64,000 bases of DNA from Sedimentisphaeraceae bacterium JB056. Its GTDB lineage: Bacteria; Planctomycetota; Phycisphaerae; Sedimentisphaerales; Sedimentisphaeraceae. The notes below the pieces were generated by a model. That model saw nothing but the letters and a program-made list of their open reading frames with translations, did no database searches and was not told where the DNA came from. Below, one piece after another: positions 39,347 through 49,531 of this stretch. Position 1 is the stretch's first letter; each line of letters starts with the position of its first letter. The stretch spans positions 1 to 64,000 of the forward strand of contig JBITAJ010000012.1 of the NCBI GenBank assembly GCA_044440125.1, in the 5' to 3' direction. The position numbers and the translations under genes are program-made.

Positions 39347-39474
39347 TTGATTTTGCGTTCTATCAGTGGTAATCTTGTTTGATGTAACGCCACATCAGTT
39401 TTCAGTATAGCACTAAAATTGCGTTATTCAAGCAAATTTTTATTTTTTTGAAAAAAAGATTTGGCGTTAAATCA
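39347..39474. promoter_or_regulatory. Two LacI-type operators and face-to-face promoters
   Basis: TGATGTAACGCCACATCA (39380-39397) and an inverted copy at 39457-39474 (15/18 identical). Plus promoter TTGATT-N17-TAATCT (39347-39375). Minus promoter TTGAAT-N16-TATACT (39431-39404). Confidence 0.75.
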
Positions 39475-39505
39475 AAGTTGATAAAAAAAGGAACGTAAGT
39501 ATATA

Positions 39506-40573
39506 ATGGGCAAGAGAAACTTATTAAATCTTCTGAAACGGGAAGGAATCGAGAGAGCAGAGTGTTATTTCACTTTGTGTCCTTCTCTTGAAGCCCAAAT
39601 GTGTGAGCATGTTGCTGATGCGGATTATCAGGACTACTTTGGCTTTTCGATGAGATATGTCGGGCAGCCGGTTTTATCTAAATCTGAATTTGATCCACTT
39701 TGCTATTATTCCGAAGTTCTTAAAGAAGGAACATGCATAGATCGCTGGGGTGTTGCACATTGCCCGGGAAGTGAAGAGGCAATGCATATGACTCAGATGA
39801 TGCACCCACTTTCGGGCAGTATATCGATGGAAACACTGGAGAATTACCCATACCCAGATTTTGCAACTGCCGATTACAGCCAGATTGAGGGGAATGTTAA
39901 GTCTTTTGCTGAGCGTGATATAGCTTCTTTTGCAAAAATGAGTGATATGGTTTGGGAGATATCCTGGTATTTGAGAAGCATGGAAGATTTGATGATGGAT
40001 ATGGCTGTTGATGATGAGAAAGCAGTGTATATTCTTGATAAGGCAACCGAATTAGCTTGCGTTCGTGCTGAGAAGTATGCTGCTCTTGGCGTTGATATTT
40101 TGCATACAGGCGATGATGTAGGCATGCAGCAAAACATGATGTTTTCAGTTGAATTCTGGCAAAAATGGTTAAAACCGCGTATGGCAAAAGTTGTTGAAAC
40201 TGCTAAAGATACAAATCCGAATATCTTGTTTTCGTATCACAGCTGCGGTTTTATTGAGCCTATAATCAACGACCTTATCGAAATAGGAGTTGATGTGCTG
40301 AATCCTGTACAACCTGAATGCATGGATTTTGAAGAAATTCACAACAAATACGGCAACAAGATTTCCTTTTGGGGTACTATAGGTACTCAGACAACTATGC
40401 CGTTTGGCTCGCCTGACGATGTGAGACGGGAAGTTTTGAGAAATCTTGATATTGCGGGTAAGAAAGGCGGGCTGCTTTGTACACCAAGCCACCTGCTTGA
40501 ACCGGAAGTACCTCTTGAGAATATATTGTCATACGTCAAAGCTTGCAGAGATTGGGAGCCAGATGTTGCATAA
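39506..40573 (+). CDS. UROD / MtaA-CmuA-like family protein
   Basis: Motifs IDRWGV, GDDVGMQ, YHSCG, DVLNPVQPE, WGTIGTQ, TPSH and ENI. Confidence 0.85.
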   Translation: MGKRNLLNLLKREGIERAECYFTLCPSLEAQMCEHVADADYQDYFGFSMRYVGQPVLSKSEFDPLCYYSEVLKEGTCIDRWGVAHCPGSEEAMHMTQMMHPLSGSISMETLENYPYPDFATADYSQIEGNVKSFAERDIASFAKMSDMVWEISWYLRSMEDLMMDMAVDDEKAVYILDKATELACVRAEKYAALGVDILHTGDDVGMQQNMMFSVEFWQKWLKPRMAKVVETAKDTNPNILFSYHSCGFIEPIINDLIEIGVDVLNPVQPECMDFEEIHNKYGNKISFWGTIGTQTTMPFGSPDDVRREVLRNLDIAGKKGGLLCTPSHLLEPEVPLENILSYVKACRDWEPDVA

Positions 40574-40680
40574 TGTAAAAAATATGAACAGTGAGACCTT
40601 TTAATGGTCTTAAAAGAATAATGTAGTATGCCGTGCGTGGCGGTGTATAGAGAGAATAACCAATTATCGGAGGCTAAGTT

Positions 40681-43600
40681 ATGACATTTAGCAAACAGTT
40701 ATTGAGAAATTTACTTATTGGATTATTGTTGTCGGTTTCAATAGCGACAGCAGAGACAAAGACGGTAACCATACCAGTTGCCGCGGATTGCGATATCAGG
40801 GAGGTTGTGCCTGATACAGCATACGGTATCAGAACTGATATGGTAGCAGCAACCAGCACAAGCTCCATGAAAATCTATATGCGGTTTAATCTGCCTGCAG
40901 ATTTTGCGGTTGCTTCTTCTGCCACAGTAAAAATGGTAAGAACGAGGGTTGCTTCAGCAACAACAAATCTCTACTATAATCTTTATGGACTCAATGACGG
41001 CGTGGCAGGTCAGGACTGGTTGGAAACTACCGGTTATGTTGATAATCCGGCAACTGTTCAGGATGGCCTTACATGGAACAATGCTCCGGCCAACAGTACT
41101 GGAAACACTTTTACTACTGACGCTCTTGCACTTGTCAATCTGGTTATGCTCCCGGCCGGTGATAATGGTGGGGCAGTTGGCAGCGAGCATGATTTTACAA
41201 GTCAGGGACTTGTTGATTTCCTCAATAGCGACACAGACGGCGTTGTTAATCTGATGATGAGCCGTCACAATACTACAAGTGCATGGGAAAGTTTTGCAGG
41301 AAAAGAAAATACAACATACAGCGGTCCTGTACTTGAGCTTACATATGATACTATAAATTCTAAAACTGTTGAAATAGTGGCAGTGGCTGATACTGATATA
41401 AGGCAGGATTCTCCTACATATGCAAAAGGCGACCGTACAGTTGCTGTAGTTCAGAATTCTTCAGGCAAGAACAAGAAGATGTATATAAAGTTCCAGCTTC
41501 CTGTCGATTTCGGTACTGCACTGGCTGTTGATTTCAAAATCGTACCTGAGATTAATTATAATACTTTGTGGAACTGGGAATATAATCTCTTTGGCCTTGA
41601 AGATGGTGCCGAAGGAAACGACTGGCCGGAAAGTTCTCCGGGAGAAATTCCAGGACAGTCATACATGTCAGGTGTTACTTGGGAAAACGCACCTGGTAAT
41701 GACCCTGCTACCGGAGCGATGACATCCGATGTTACAGAAAAACTTAATTCATTCAATATCTATTCAGAGGTAGGTGTTGATGTTACGGCTGTTTCAAGTC
41801 AGGCAATGGTTGACTTTATAAACACAGATTCTGATGGTTTTGTAACTTTAATCATGACAAGAACAAATCCAAGCACCGCATTGGATCAGCTTGCTACAAA
41901 AGAGAATACTACATATGCCGGTCCAAGACTTGTAATAACATACGAACCTATCGAAACGACAACAGTCACACTTTCTGCTGTTGCTGATACTGATATTCGT
42001 ATGGCTGCTCCTGATTATGCTCATTCAACCCGAACAGGTATGTGGGTTTCAAGTCAGTCAACCAATGGTATGAAGGGATATGCAAGATTTACATTGCCGA
42101 CTGATATCGGAAGTGTAGTTTCAAGTACTATAACATACAATAGAACAGTAGCGGCCGGTGCCTGGAATTCAACTTACGATATTTATGTATTGAATGATAA
42201 TGCCGTAGGAAATGACTGGCCTTCAGCAAACAGTGCAAGAAATCCTGGAGACCCTTACACAATGGGGCTTACATGGAACAATGCACCGGGTAACGATACG
42301 ACCAGCTCAATTTTGTTCGATACTGCGACTACTTCGATGCTCGGTGATTTTACTGTAGTGGGTACAAGTTATGGCGGAACCGTTGGTGATTCTTATTCGT
42401 TGTCGAATACTGCTTTGAATGATGCGATATCGGCAGACACAGATGGCGCCATTACTCTTATGATCAGTCGCCACTTTGGAGAGTCATCATCAATGGATGT
42501 TTTTGGTGTGGTTGAAACAGGTGCACCTGCGACATTGAGTATTACATATATCAATCAATGTGGTGAAAGGCTTCTTTCGGACGTTAATTATGACTGCACT
42601 GTTGACTATCAGGACTATGCCCAGATGGGTAACGACTGGTTGATAGATGATCCTAATTTCTTTACTGAAGCTAACAACGATGTATATCCTGATGGAGTTA
42701 TCGGTATTGCTGATCTTGACATGATGGCTCAGAGCTGGCTTGGATGTTCGCTTCCAGGCGACCCTGATTGTGATCAGTACTGGAAAGCAGAATATCTTGC
42801 TCCTGTAAAATATAATCAGTGGCGTAAAAGTTTTGATACATTCCCGATAGCAGCATGGGCTTATTTCACAAGATATGGCGGTTTGGCTTCTGAGTATCAA
42901 AGCTATTATGATGCCGGTCTTACTATGGTACAGACTGTTCCCGATCAGTATCAGACAGCGGTTGATGCCGGACTGTATCCGATAATGGGTACCTGGGATG
43001 CTCTCTACAGTAATTCAGCAAAGCTTGATACATTCATGGGCTATCCTACAGCTGTTGAAGAAAATCTCAGAGGCTTGTTCTTCAAAGATGATATAAGAGA
43101 TTTCCAAATACCTGAGATGGTAGATGCAACACAAAAAGTACTGCTCGAAGATGTTAGAGGCGCGATACCAATGGTGAATCTGCTACCTTCATTCGGTACT
43201 ATTGATGGCGAAAATTCCAACACATACCAAGAATATCTTGATTATGTAGATGAATACATCGATACTGTTCATCCTGCGATTCTAAGCTGTGCATATTATT
43301 GTCTTCTCAGCGATGAAAATGAAAGAGCGGGAACATATGACAGTCTTGAACTCAGACGTTCAAAAGCACTTGCTAACGGTATAGGCTTCATGGCATTCGC
43401 TATTGTAAACGAGCATCTTGGCTACCGCAGCCCAAGTGAATCCGATCTTAACTGGAAAGTATGGGCATCTCTGACATACGGTGCAAAGGCTATCTGGTAT
43501 TACAACTGGCGTATAGAACCCGACAGCAGTTTCGGTGAAGGTATGATAACTCATCTTGACGGAACACCTACGGATGTTTATTACCTTGCACAGTCTATAA

Positions 43601-44010
43601 ATACAGAAGTACAGGCGATGGGTCCGGTTCTTATGAGTCTTGAGTCAACGGGCGTTTATCATGCCGATGTTGCAGACCCGAACAATACCTCGATTACACT
43701 CTACAGCGACGGCGATGTTGCCGCTATAGCAACATTTACCGGAAGCCAGTTTGTAATAGGTGAATTTGAGAATGTAGATGATGCAGCAGATACTTCTGAC
43801 TACGTTATGATAACCAGCAAGAGACATGCGGCAGATAAACTTTCTAACGAACTGACATCATCAGCTTCGTTTACAGCATCTGCGGGTGTGACTTCTGTGA
43901 ATTATTTTGACACATCCTCAGAAACATGGCAAAGCCTTACTGGAAGCGGCGGTGTTTATAACCTAAGCATTGATGGTGGTAAGAGCGTATTGCTGAAATT
44001 TAATTATTAA
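40681..44010 (+). CDS. Large secreted protein: 3x DNRLRE-like domains + internal dockerin-like pair + putative glycoside hydrolase-like C domain
   Basis: Signal peptide and three ADxDIR...TWxNAP repeats. Dockerin-like SDVNYDCTVDYQDY...WL and DVYPDGVIGIADL...WL. The C domain is paralogous to the 47553 N domain (YGAKAIWYYNW). Confidence 0.78.
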   Translation: MTFSKQLLRNLLIGLLLSVSIATAETKTVTIPVAADCDIREVVPDTAYGIRTDMVAATSTSSMKIYMRFNLPADFAVASSATVKMVRTRVASATTNLYYNLYGLNDGVAGQDWLETTGYVDNPATVQDGLTWNNAPANSTGNTFTTDALALVNLVMLPAGDNGGAVGSEHDFTSQGLVDFLNSDTDGVVNLMMSRHNTTSAWESFAGKENTTYSGPVLELTYDTINSKTVEIVAVADTDIRQDSPTYAKGDRTVAVVQNSSGKNKKMYIKFQLPVDFGTALAVDFKIVPEINYNTLWNWEYNLFGLEDGAEGNDWPESSPGEIPGQSYMSGVTWENAPGNDPATGAMTSDVTEKLNSFNIYSEVGVDVTAVSSQAMVDFINTDSDGFVTLIMTRTNPSTALDQLATKENTTYAGPRLVITYEPIETTTVTLSAVADTDIRMAAPDYAHSTRTGMWVSSQSTNGMKGYARFTLPTDIGSVVSSTITYNRTVAAGAWNSTYDIYVLNDNAVGNDWPSANSARNPGDPYTMGLTWNNAPGNDTTSSILFDTATTSMLGDFTVVGTSYGGTVGDSYSLSNTALNDAISADTDGAITLMISRHFGESSSMDVFGVVETGAPATLSITYINQCGERLLSDVNYDCTVDYQDYAQMGNDWLIDDPNFFTEANNDVYPDGVIGIADLDMMAQSWLGCSLPGDPDCDQYWKAEYLAPVKYNQWRKSFDTFPIAAWAYFTRYGGLASEYQSYYDAGLTMVQTVPDQYQTAVDAGLYPIMGTWDALYSNSAKLDTFMGYPTAVEENLRGLFFKDDIRDFQIPEMVDATQKVLLEDVRGAIPMVNLLPSFGTIDGENSNTYQEYLDYVDEYIDTVHPAILSCAYYCLLSDENERAGTYDSLELRRSKALANGIGFMAFAIVNEHLGYRSPSESDLNWKVWASLTYGAKAIWYYNWRIEPDSSFGEGMITHLDGTPTDVYYLAQSINTEVQAMGPVLMSLESTGVYHADVADPNNTSITLYSDGDVAAIATFTGSQFVIGEFENVDDAADTSDYVMITSKRHAADKLSNELTSSASFTASAGVTSVNYFDTSSETWQSLTGSGGVYNLSIDGGKSVLLKFNY

Positions 44011-44021
44011 CAATCAATCAG

Positions 44022-44059
44022 ACAGGTCGTCAGGAACGGCTGGCGGCCTGTTGCTTTTT
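44022..44059 (+). terminator. Intra-operon stem-loop / terminator
   Basis: ACAGGTCGTCAG/CTGGCGGCCTGT followed by TGCTTTTT. Confidence 0.6.
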
Positions 44060-44092
44060 ATAAAATCAGTTATTATTCAAGGTTTACTTCAA

Positions 44093-45502
44093 ATGGGATA
44101 CATACATTTTTTCGATGACTGGCAGCTTATTTCATACAGCAATCTTGTACGCAAACAAGGCAGCCCGCGCTATCGTCCTGAAGCTACACTCGTTGACGGA
44201 TTAACAGAAGGTACATGGAATTTTCCACTTGTAACCTATCTTGCTGAACAGCAAAAGTATATAGGGCTTTACGGCGGTGCGGCAAGCCTGCCGATATTCA
44301 ACAGCATGCAGATACCCGAAGGTGTAGATAAAAATCTTAAACCAAGAACTCAGGTGCTTTGTTATGCTGAAAGCAAAGACGGTATCAACTGGGATAAACC
44401 GGATCTTACGAGCAGAGCAAATTTTGGCGGTGAGACATTTGTGAAAAATCAGGTTTTCGGACTTGAGCAAGGCTATGATGGGGGACCTGCCACTTACGAT
44501 CCGTATGATCCTGATCCACAAAGACGATTCAAGTATCTGATCAATTTCAAAGATAACGCCTACAATGCTCATGGCATACGTGCAATGGTAACATCGGGCA
44601 ATGGAATTGACTGGAAGATTGAAAAATATTTCAAGGATCAACATGGAACTGATACACCGACAAGCATATTCTACAATCCATTGAAAGAATGCTACAGCTT
44701 CAATATACGCTATTGGTCAGGCGACAGGCGTATATTCTTTATGAATACAAAAGACTTTGAAAACTTCGGCGATGCCGAGCTCATAATGCATCCTGACAGT
44801 ATGGATGAACCTCTTGTTGGTTTTTACGGGATGCCGGTGGCGTATTATGAGGGTCTTTTCGTTGGACTGCTTTGGAAAATTTATTGCGATCCTGCAACCC
44901 AGACCTTGGCTAATGGAAAAGTTAACTGTGAACTGGTTTACAGCTATGATGGCAGTCATTTCAACCGTGCATTCAGACAACCGTTTATAGATACAAACGA
45001 ACTTGGCGATCACGGCGGCGGCTGCGTTTATACTGGTTCGATGGTTGTTACACCGGAGAACACCATACGATTTTATTCCGGCGGCTCAAAGGCCGAACAT
45101 TTCCAGAATCAGGAACTCGAGGATGCCGCACTGATGATGCATGAGATGCGTCTTGACGGTTTTATGTATATGGCAACACCAAGCGGAAGAGGCCGTCTCA
45201 GAACAAGGCCGCTGCGTATACATGGTGACAGTCTTAAAATAAATGCAAGAAGTCCATGGGGGTATGTCAAGGTAAGAGTTCTTGATGAAAATGCTAAAGT
45301 GATTGAGGGGTATGATTTTGATGACTGTATTCCTCTTGTTGGCGATGAGCTTTTCTGGGAGCCCAAGTGGAAAAACGGCAAGACTATAGCCGGAGTTAAA
45401 AGTCATTTGAGGCGATCTCTCGAAATCGAAATCAACACTGGTGAAATATTTGGCATCAGGGGTGATTTTGAAAGGCTCAAATGTCTTTGGGATAAAGATT
45501 GA
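44093..45502 (+). CDS. Cytoplasmic beta-propeller glycosidase-like protein (GH32/43/130-like fold)
   Basis: Motifs YAESKDGINWDKP, TSGNGIDW, YSYDGSHF and MRLDGF, plus a C-terminal beta-sandwich. No signal peptide. Confidence 0.65.
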   Translation: MGYIHFFDDWQLISYSNLVRKQGSPRYRPEATLVDGLTEGTWNFPLVTYLAEQQKYIGLYGGAASLPIFNSMQIPEGVDKNLKPRTQVLCYAESKDGINWDKPDLTSRANFGGETFVKNQVFGLEQGYDGGPATYDPYDPDPQRRFKYLINFKDNAYNAHGIRAMVTSGNGIDWKIEKYFKDQHGTDTPTSIFYNPLKECYSFNIRYWSGDRRIFFMNTKDFENFGDAELIMHPDSMDEPLVGFYGMPVAYYEGLFVGLLWKIYCDPATQTLANGKVNCELVYSYDGSHFNRAFRQPFIDTNELGDHGGGCVYTGSMVVTPENTIRFYSGGSKAEHFQNQELEDAALMMHEMRLDGFMYMATPSGRGRLRTRPLRIHGDSLKINARSPWGYVKVRVLDENAKVIEGYDFDDCIPLVGDELFWEPKWKNGKTIAGVKSHLRRSLEIEINTGEIFGIRGDFERLKCLWDKD

Positions 45503-45559
45503 TTTCCCGGTCAGTACTTCGTATATTAAAGTTGTGAGTTATAATTTATTTTAAGGATT

Positions 45560-47524
45560 GTGATGAACCTTCACTTTTGGGATTGGTTTATAGTCGGTGT
45601 TGTAACATGCTTTTTCATTTTTATGGCATGGTACACACGGAGATTTACAAAAAGCGTGGCTGATTTTATGGCGGCTAACAGGTGTGCCGGACGGTATCTT
45701 CTGGCTGTAGCTTATGGAATTTCTTCTCTTGGTGCAATAACGGTTATCGCCGAGTTCCAGAAATTCTACAAAGCCGGATTCACTGCCGTATGGTGGTCAT
45801 TCATAATGTTCGCCGTAACTATTCTTATAGCGGCGTCGGGATGGGTTGTCTACAGATACAGGGAAACGAGAGTCTTTACTCTTGCCCAGTTCTTTGAGAC
45901 CCGTTACAGTCGAAACTTCAGGATTTTTTGCGGTATCCTTGGCTTCAGTGCCGGTATTGTCAATTTTGGTATATTTCCTGCTGTGGGGTCGAGATTTTTC
46001 CTTTACTTCTGTGGTTTACCCCATACTTTCAGTGTTTTCGGTTTTGAAATCTCAACATTTCTTACGATCATGACTGTGCTGCTGGTAGTATCGCTGTATT
46101 TTACATTTTCAGGCGGCCAGATCGCTGTTATCACTACCGATTTTCTGCAGGGCATATTCTGCAATATCGTGTTCATACTGATACTTGTGTTTATGTTCAT
46201 AAAGTTCGATTGGCCGACGGTTGTGGAGGGCTTGCGAATGGCCCCGGCCGATCAATCGAGAATAAACCCGTTTGAGACCGGCGGCATATCAGATTTTAAT
46301 TTGTGGTTCTTTCTTATACTTGCGTTCACGATGTTTTACGGCATCATCAGTTGGCAGGGTCAGCAGGGATATTTTACATCATCAAAAAGTCCGCATGAGC
46401 AGAAGATGGCTATGGTACTTGCCAATTGGCGGTTCGTTGCTCTTACGCTTCTCTTGCTTCTTATTTCTCTTTCGGCATTCGTGGTAATGAATCATCCGAA
46501 ATTTTCCGGTACAGCCGAAAGTGTCAACCAAATGCTTTCAGCGACGGATAATGATCAAACCCGTGAACAGATAAGAATACCGCTTGTGCTGGTGAATGTG
46601 CTGCCGAAAGGTTTAATAGGTGCTTTCTGCGCGGTGATGCTTGCAGCCTTTATCAGTACCCATGATACGTATCTTCATACATGGGGCAGTATTTTTATTC
46701 AGGATGTGGTCATGCCGTTCCGTAAAAAGCCTTTTGATACGAAGACTCATATGAAACTGTTAAGGGCTTCAATAATAGGCGTGGCGGCATTCGTATTCTG
46801 TTGGAGTTGGAAGTTTCAGCAGAGTCAGGACATACTCATGTATTTCCAGATAACAGGTGCGATTTTTACCGGCGGGGTGGGCTCGGCTATTATAGGCGGG
46901 CTTTACTGGAAACGTGGAACCACCGCTGCGGCATGGTCGGCCATGATAACCGGTGGAACACTTGCAACTGCAGGTGTAATTCTTATACAGATACATTCTC
47001 AAAATCCTTTTACCAATAAACTGCTTTTATTCATTTCTTCTCAAACAGGTGCGGTGCTTGGTTTCTGGTCTTCTTTGGTTGCGATAATAGTTTATGTCGT
47101 GGTCTCGCTTCTTACCTGTAAAGAACCATACAATATAGAAAAGCTTTTACATCGCGGTAAGTATGCTGTTGCAGGTGAGAAAAAGAAACTTAACAATGTG
47201 AAGGGAATCCGTGCGCTCATAGGCGGAGAAGAGTTTACTCTTCGTGACAAGCTGACCAGTCTTTCAGTAATCATATGGGGTATAGGATGGTTTCTTGTAT
47301 TTCTTGTTGGAACTATATGGAATTATTTCTACCCTATATCAAACTCAAACTGGGAAAAATTCTGGAGTGTGTATGTATGGATCAGTCTTGTGGTTGGAAC
47401 AATAATCACTATTTGGTTTACCATCGGCGGATTCAAAGATTTGAGATTTATGTTCCGTACGCTTGCCTCTGTTAAGAGAGACGAGAGTGATGACGGCATG
47501 GTAAGCGAAGAAGATAAAGGTTGA
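45560..47524 (+). CDS. Sodium:solute symporter family protein
   Basis: Motifs SVADFMAANRCAGRYL, TLAQFFETRYS, GGQIAVITTD, AAFIST and GGLYWKRGT, with many TM helices. Confidence 0.88.
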   Translation: MMNLHFWDWFIVGVVTCFFIFMAWYTRRFTKSVADFMAANRCAGRYLLAVAYGISSLGAITVIAEFQKFYKAGFTAVWWSFIMFAVTILIAASGWVVYRYRETRVFTLAQFFETRYSRNFRIFCGILGFSAGIVNFGIFPAVGSRFFLYFCGLPHTFSVFGFEISTFLTIMTVLLVVSLYFTFSGGQIAVITTDFLQGIFCNIVFILILVFMFIKFDWPTVVEGLRMAPADQSRINPFETGGISDFNLWFFLILAFTMFYGIISWQGQQGYFTSSKSPHEQKMAMVLANWRFVALTLLLLLISLSAFVVMNHPKFSGTAESVNQMLSATDNDQTREQIRIPLVLVNVLPKGLIGAFCAVMLAAFISTHDTYLHTWGSIFIQDVVMPFRKKPFDTKTHMKLLRASIIGVAAFVFCWSWKFQQSQDILMYFQITGAIFTGGVGSAIIGGLYWKRGTTAAAWSAMITGGTLATAGVILIQIHSQNPFTNKLLLFISSQTGAVLGFWSSLVAIIVYVVVSLLTCKEPYNIEKLLHRGKYAVAGEKKKLNNVKGIRALIGGEEFTLRDKLTSLSVIIWGIGWFLVFLVGTIWNYFYPISNSNWEKFWSVYVWISLVVGTIITIWFTIGGFKDLRFMFRTLASVKRDESDDGMVSEEDKG

Positions 47525-47552
47525 AGTGTTAAAGATTAAAATGAAGGCGTTT

Positions 47553-49523
47553 ATGATGAAAAGAATTTTAAGTTGTTTGTTTATAATTTCGATTACGGGA
47601 GTTTTAAGTTTTGGTGCAGATGATACTGCAACGAAAAAGTGGCATCAGTGGCGAAAGGCTCGTGATAAATTTCCGATAGCGGCCTGGGCATATTTTGACA
47701 GGTTTGACGGCAGTTATGAGGAATATAAGACTTATGCTGATGCGAATTTGACAATGGTTTCAATTCCTGAGGATATGAGGCATTACGAGAATGCCACCAA
47801 GGCCGGACTTGATGTTATAATCGGAGGCTGGATGTATCTGCATGAAAAGCCCGAAGTGGTAGAAAGACTTTTGAGTTTCCCGTCCACGACGGCAGAGAAT
47901 GTAGCCGGTTATCAACTCAAAGATGAACCCGAGCCTACTATTTTCGAAGGTCTGGCACGTGCGCATCAGATGATTTATGAAAAAGATCAGCGTAATGTTC
48001 TTATTATAACGGATATGCTTCCCGGGTGGGCATGGATGAAAAATACTCGCCGTGCCGAACGGTTTGAAATGAACTATGATGAGATGATAGCTCATTGGAT
48101 AGAAACAGCAAAACCTCCTGTAATAATAAACTGTCATTATGCACCTATGCTTGACGGCAGCGATCGTGATGACATGTATGCCGACAAAGAACTTATGCGT
48201 AAACACGCACTGCTGAATAATATTGGTAATATGTCGTTTATTTCTGCTGCAGCCTATCGTGACTGGTACAGGGTTCCAAGCGAATCAGATTTTTACTGGC
48301 AGGTTTATACATGTCTTGCATATGGTTCAAAGGGGATATGGTATTGGAACTGGAGAATCAAACCGGTTAAGGATGTGTTCTTTGAGGGATTGGTTACATA
48401 TAAGGATGATAAGCCTACCGAGTCGTACGAGTATGTTAAAAATGTAAATGCCGAAGTGTTGGCGTTGGGCGACCTGCTGCTGAAGCTGCGGTCGAGAAAT
48501 GTCTGGCATACCGGCGAGGTGGTACCTCAGGGAACTACGAGGTTTGTGCCTATGCCTGACAGCGGATCATCTGTGATATATGATTTTGTCGGTGATGATT
48601 TTATAGTAAGTGAGTTTGATAATCAGGATGACAGTGCGGATAAGAGTACATATGTTATGTTGGTTAATAAAAGACATGGTGCTGGTAAGCTCAGCAGCGA
48701 TCCATCATTGAAAGCGGAGGCGATATTTAAGCCGGCTGATTATTACGGGTTTGTCTACCATTATCCGCAGAGTGATAAGGCGGTTCTGCTTGAACCGTTT
48801 GAGTATAACGGAGAAAAAGGCTATTATAAAATTTCGCTTGAGGGCGGTAAAGGTGCAATGCTTCGCTTTTCAAGGAAGCCTGTAGATATTTTCATCGCTG
48901 ATAGGCCTCAGCAAAGATTGGAGTTTGCCAGAAGAGTGCCGACTGTTGATGGAGAACTTAACGATGGAATCTGGCAGAAATCCGAGTCGTTGGAATTGAA
49001 AAAGCCTGCCGATAGTGAAGGAACTATTAAAGAATCAGGCTTGGTCAAAGCTGCGTGGCGTGATAACCAGCTTTGGATATGTGCGGATTTTCAAGATAGC
49101 GATATTATTGCTCTCGGTGATGAAAACGGACAGGATCATTACAGGCTCGGCGATTGTCTTGAAATATTCCTTAAACCGGAATATTCAGATTGGTACTGGG
49201 AGATATGGGTAAATCCGAAGGGGAATTATACTACACTCTTCTGGAACAAGAAAGGTGATAAGGCAGCCAAGACTTTTGAGTTTGACGTTGTGTGTAAAAA
49301 AACTGATACCGGATGGTATGTTGAGGCCGAGTTGCCTTTCGATGGATTACTTCAAAATGGCGAACTTCTTAAGCAGGGACAATGGACGATTCTTGCTGCG
49401 AGACAAAATCATACTGGTAAAGTTGATATAAAAACACGGGAGTTATCTTCGTGGCCCGGTTTGACAAAGAGTAATTTTCATTTACTTAATGAGTTTGCTA
49501 AATTGAACTTTGCTCTTTATTGA
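47553..49523 (+). CDS. Secreted putative glycoside hydrolase-like protein with C-terminal CBM9-like domain
   Basis: Signal peptide, GYQLKDEP and YGSKGIWYWNW. The C-terminus has PTVDGELNDGIW...GDCLEIFL...WYVEAELPF. Confidence 0.7.
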   Translation: MMKRILSCLFIISITGVLSFGADDTATKKWHQWRKARDKFPIAAWAYFDRFDGSYEEYKTYADANLTMVSIPEDMRHYENATKAGLDVIIGGWMYLHEKPEVVERLLSFPSTTAENVAGYQLKDEPEPTIFEGLARAHQMIYEKDQRNVLIITDMLPGWAWMKNTRRAERFEMNYDEMIAHWIETAKPPVIINCHYAPMLDGSDRDDMYADKELMRKHALLNNIGNMSFISAAAYRDWYRVPSESDFYWQVYTCLAYGSKGIWYWNWRIKPVKDVFFEGLVTYKDDKPTESYEYVKNVNAEVLALGDLLLKLRSRNVWHTGEVVPQGTTRFVPMPDSGSSVIYDFVGDDFIVSEFDNQDDSADKSTYVMLVNKRHGAGKLSSDPSLKAEAIFKPADYYGFVYHYPQSDKAVLLEPFEYNGEKGYYKISLEGGKGAMLRFSRKPVDIFIADRPQQRLEFARRVPTVDGELNDGIWQKSESLELKKPADSEGTIKESGLVKAAWRDNQLWICADFQDSDIIALGDENGQDHYRLGDCLEIFLKPEYSDWYWEIWVNPKGNYTTLFWNKKGDKAAKTFEFDVVCKKTDTGWYVEAELPFDGLLQNGELLKQGQWTILAARQNHTGKVDIKTRELSSWPGLTKSNFHLLNEFAKLNFALY

Positions 49524-49531
49524 GGTGTTCA

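Noticed and set aside
11424..44010. Classical cellulosome
   Set aside because: No cohesin or scaffoldin and no recognisable cellulases. Most tails have a single repeat.
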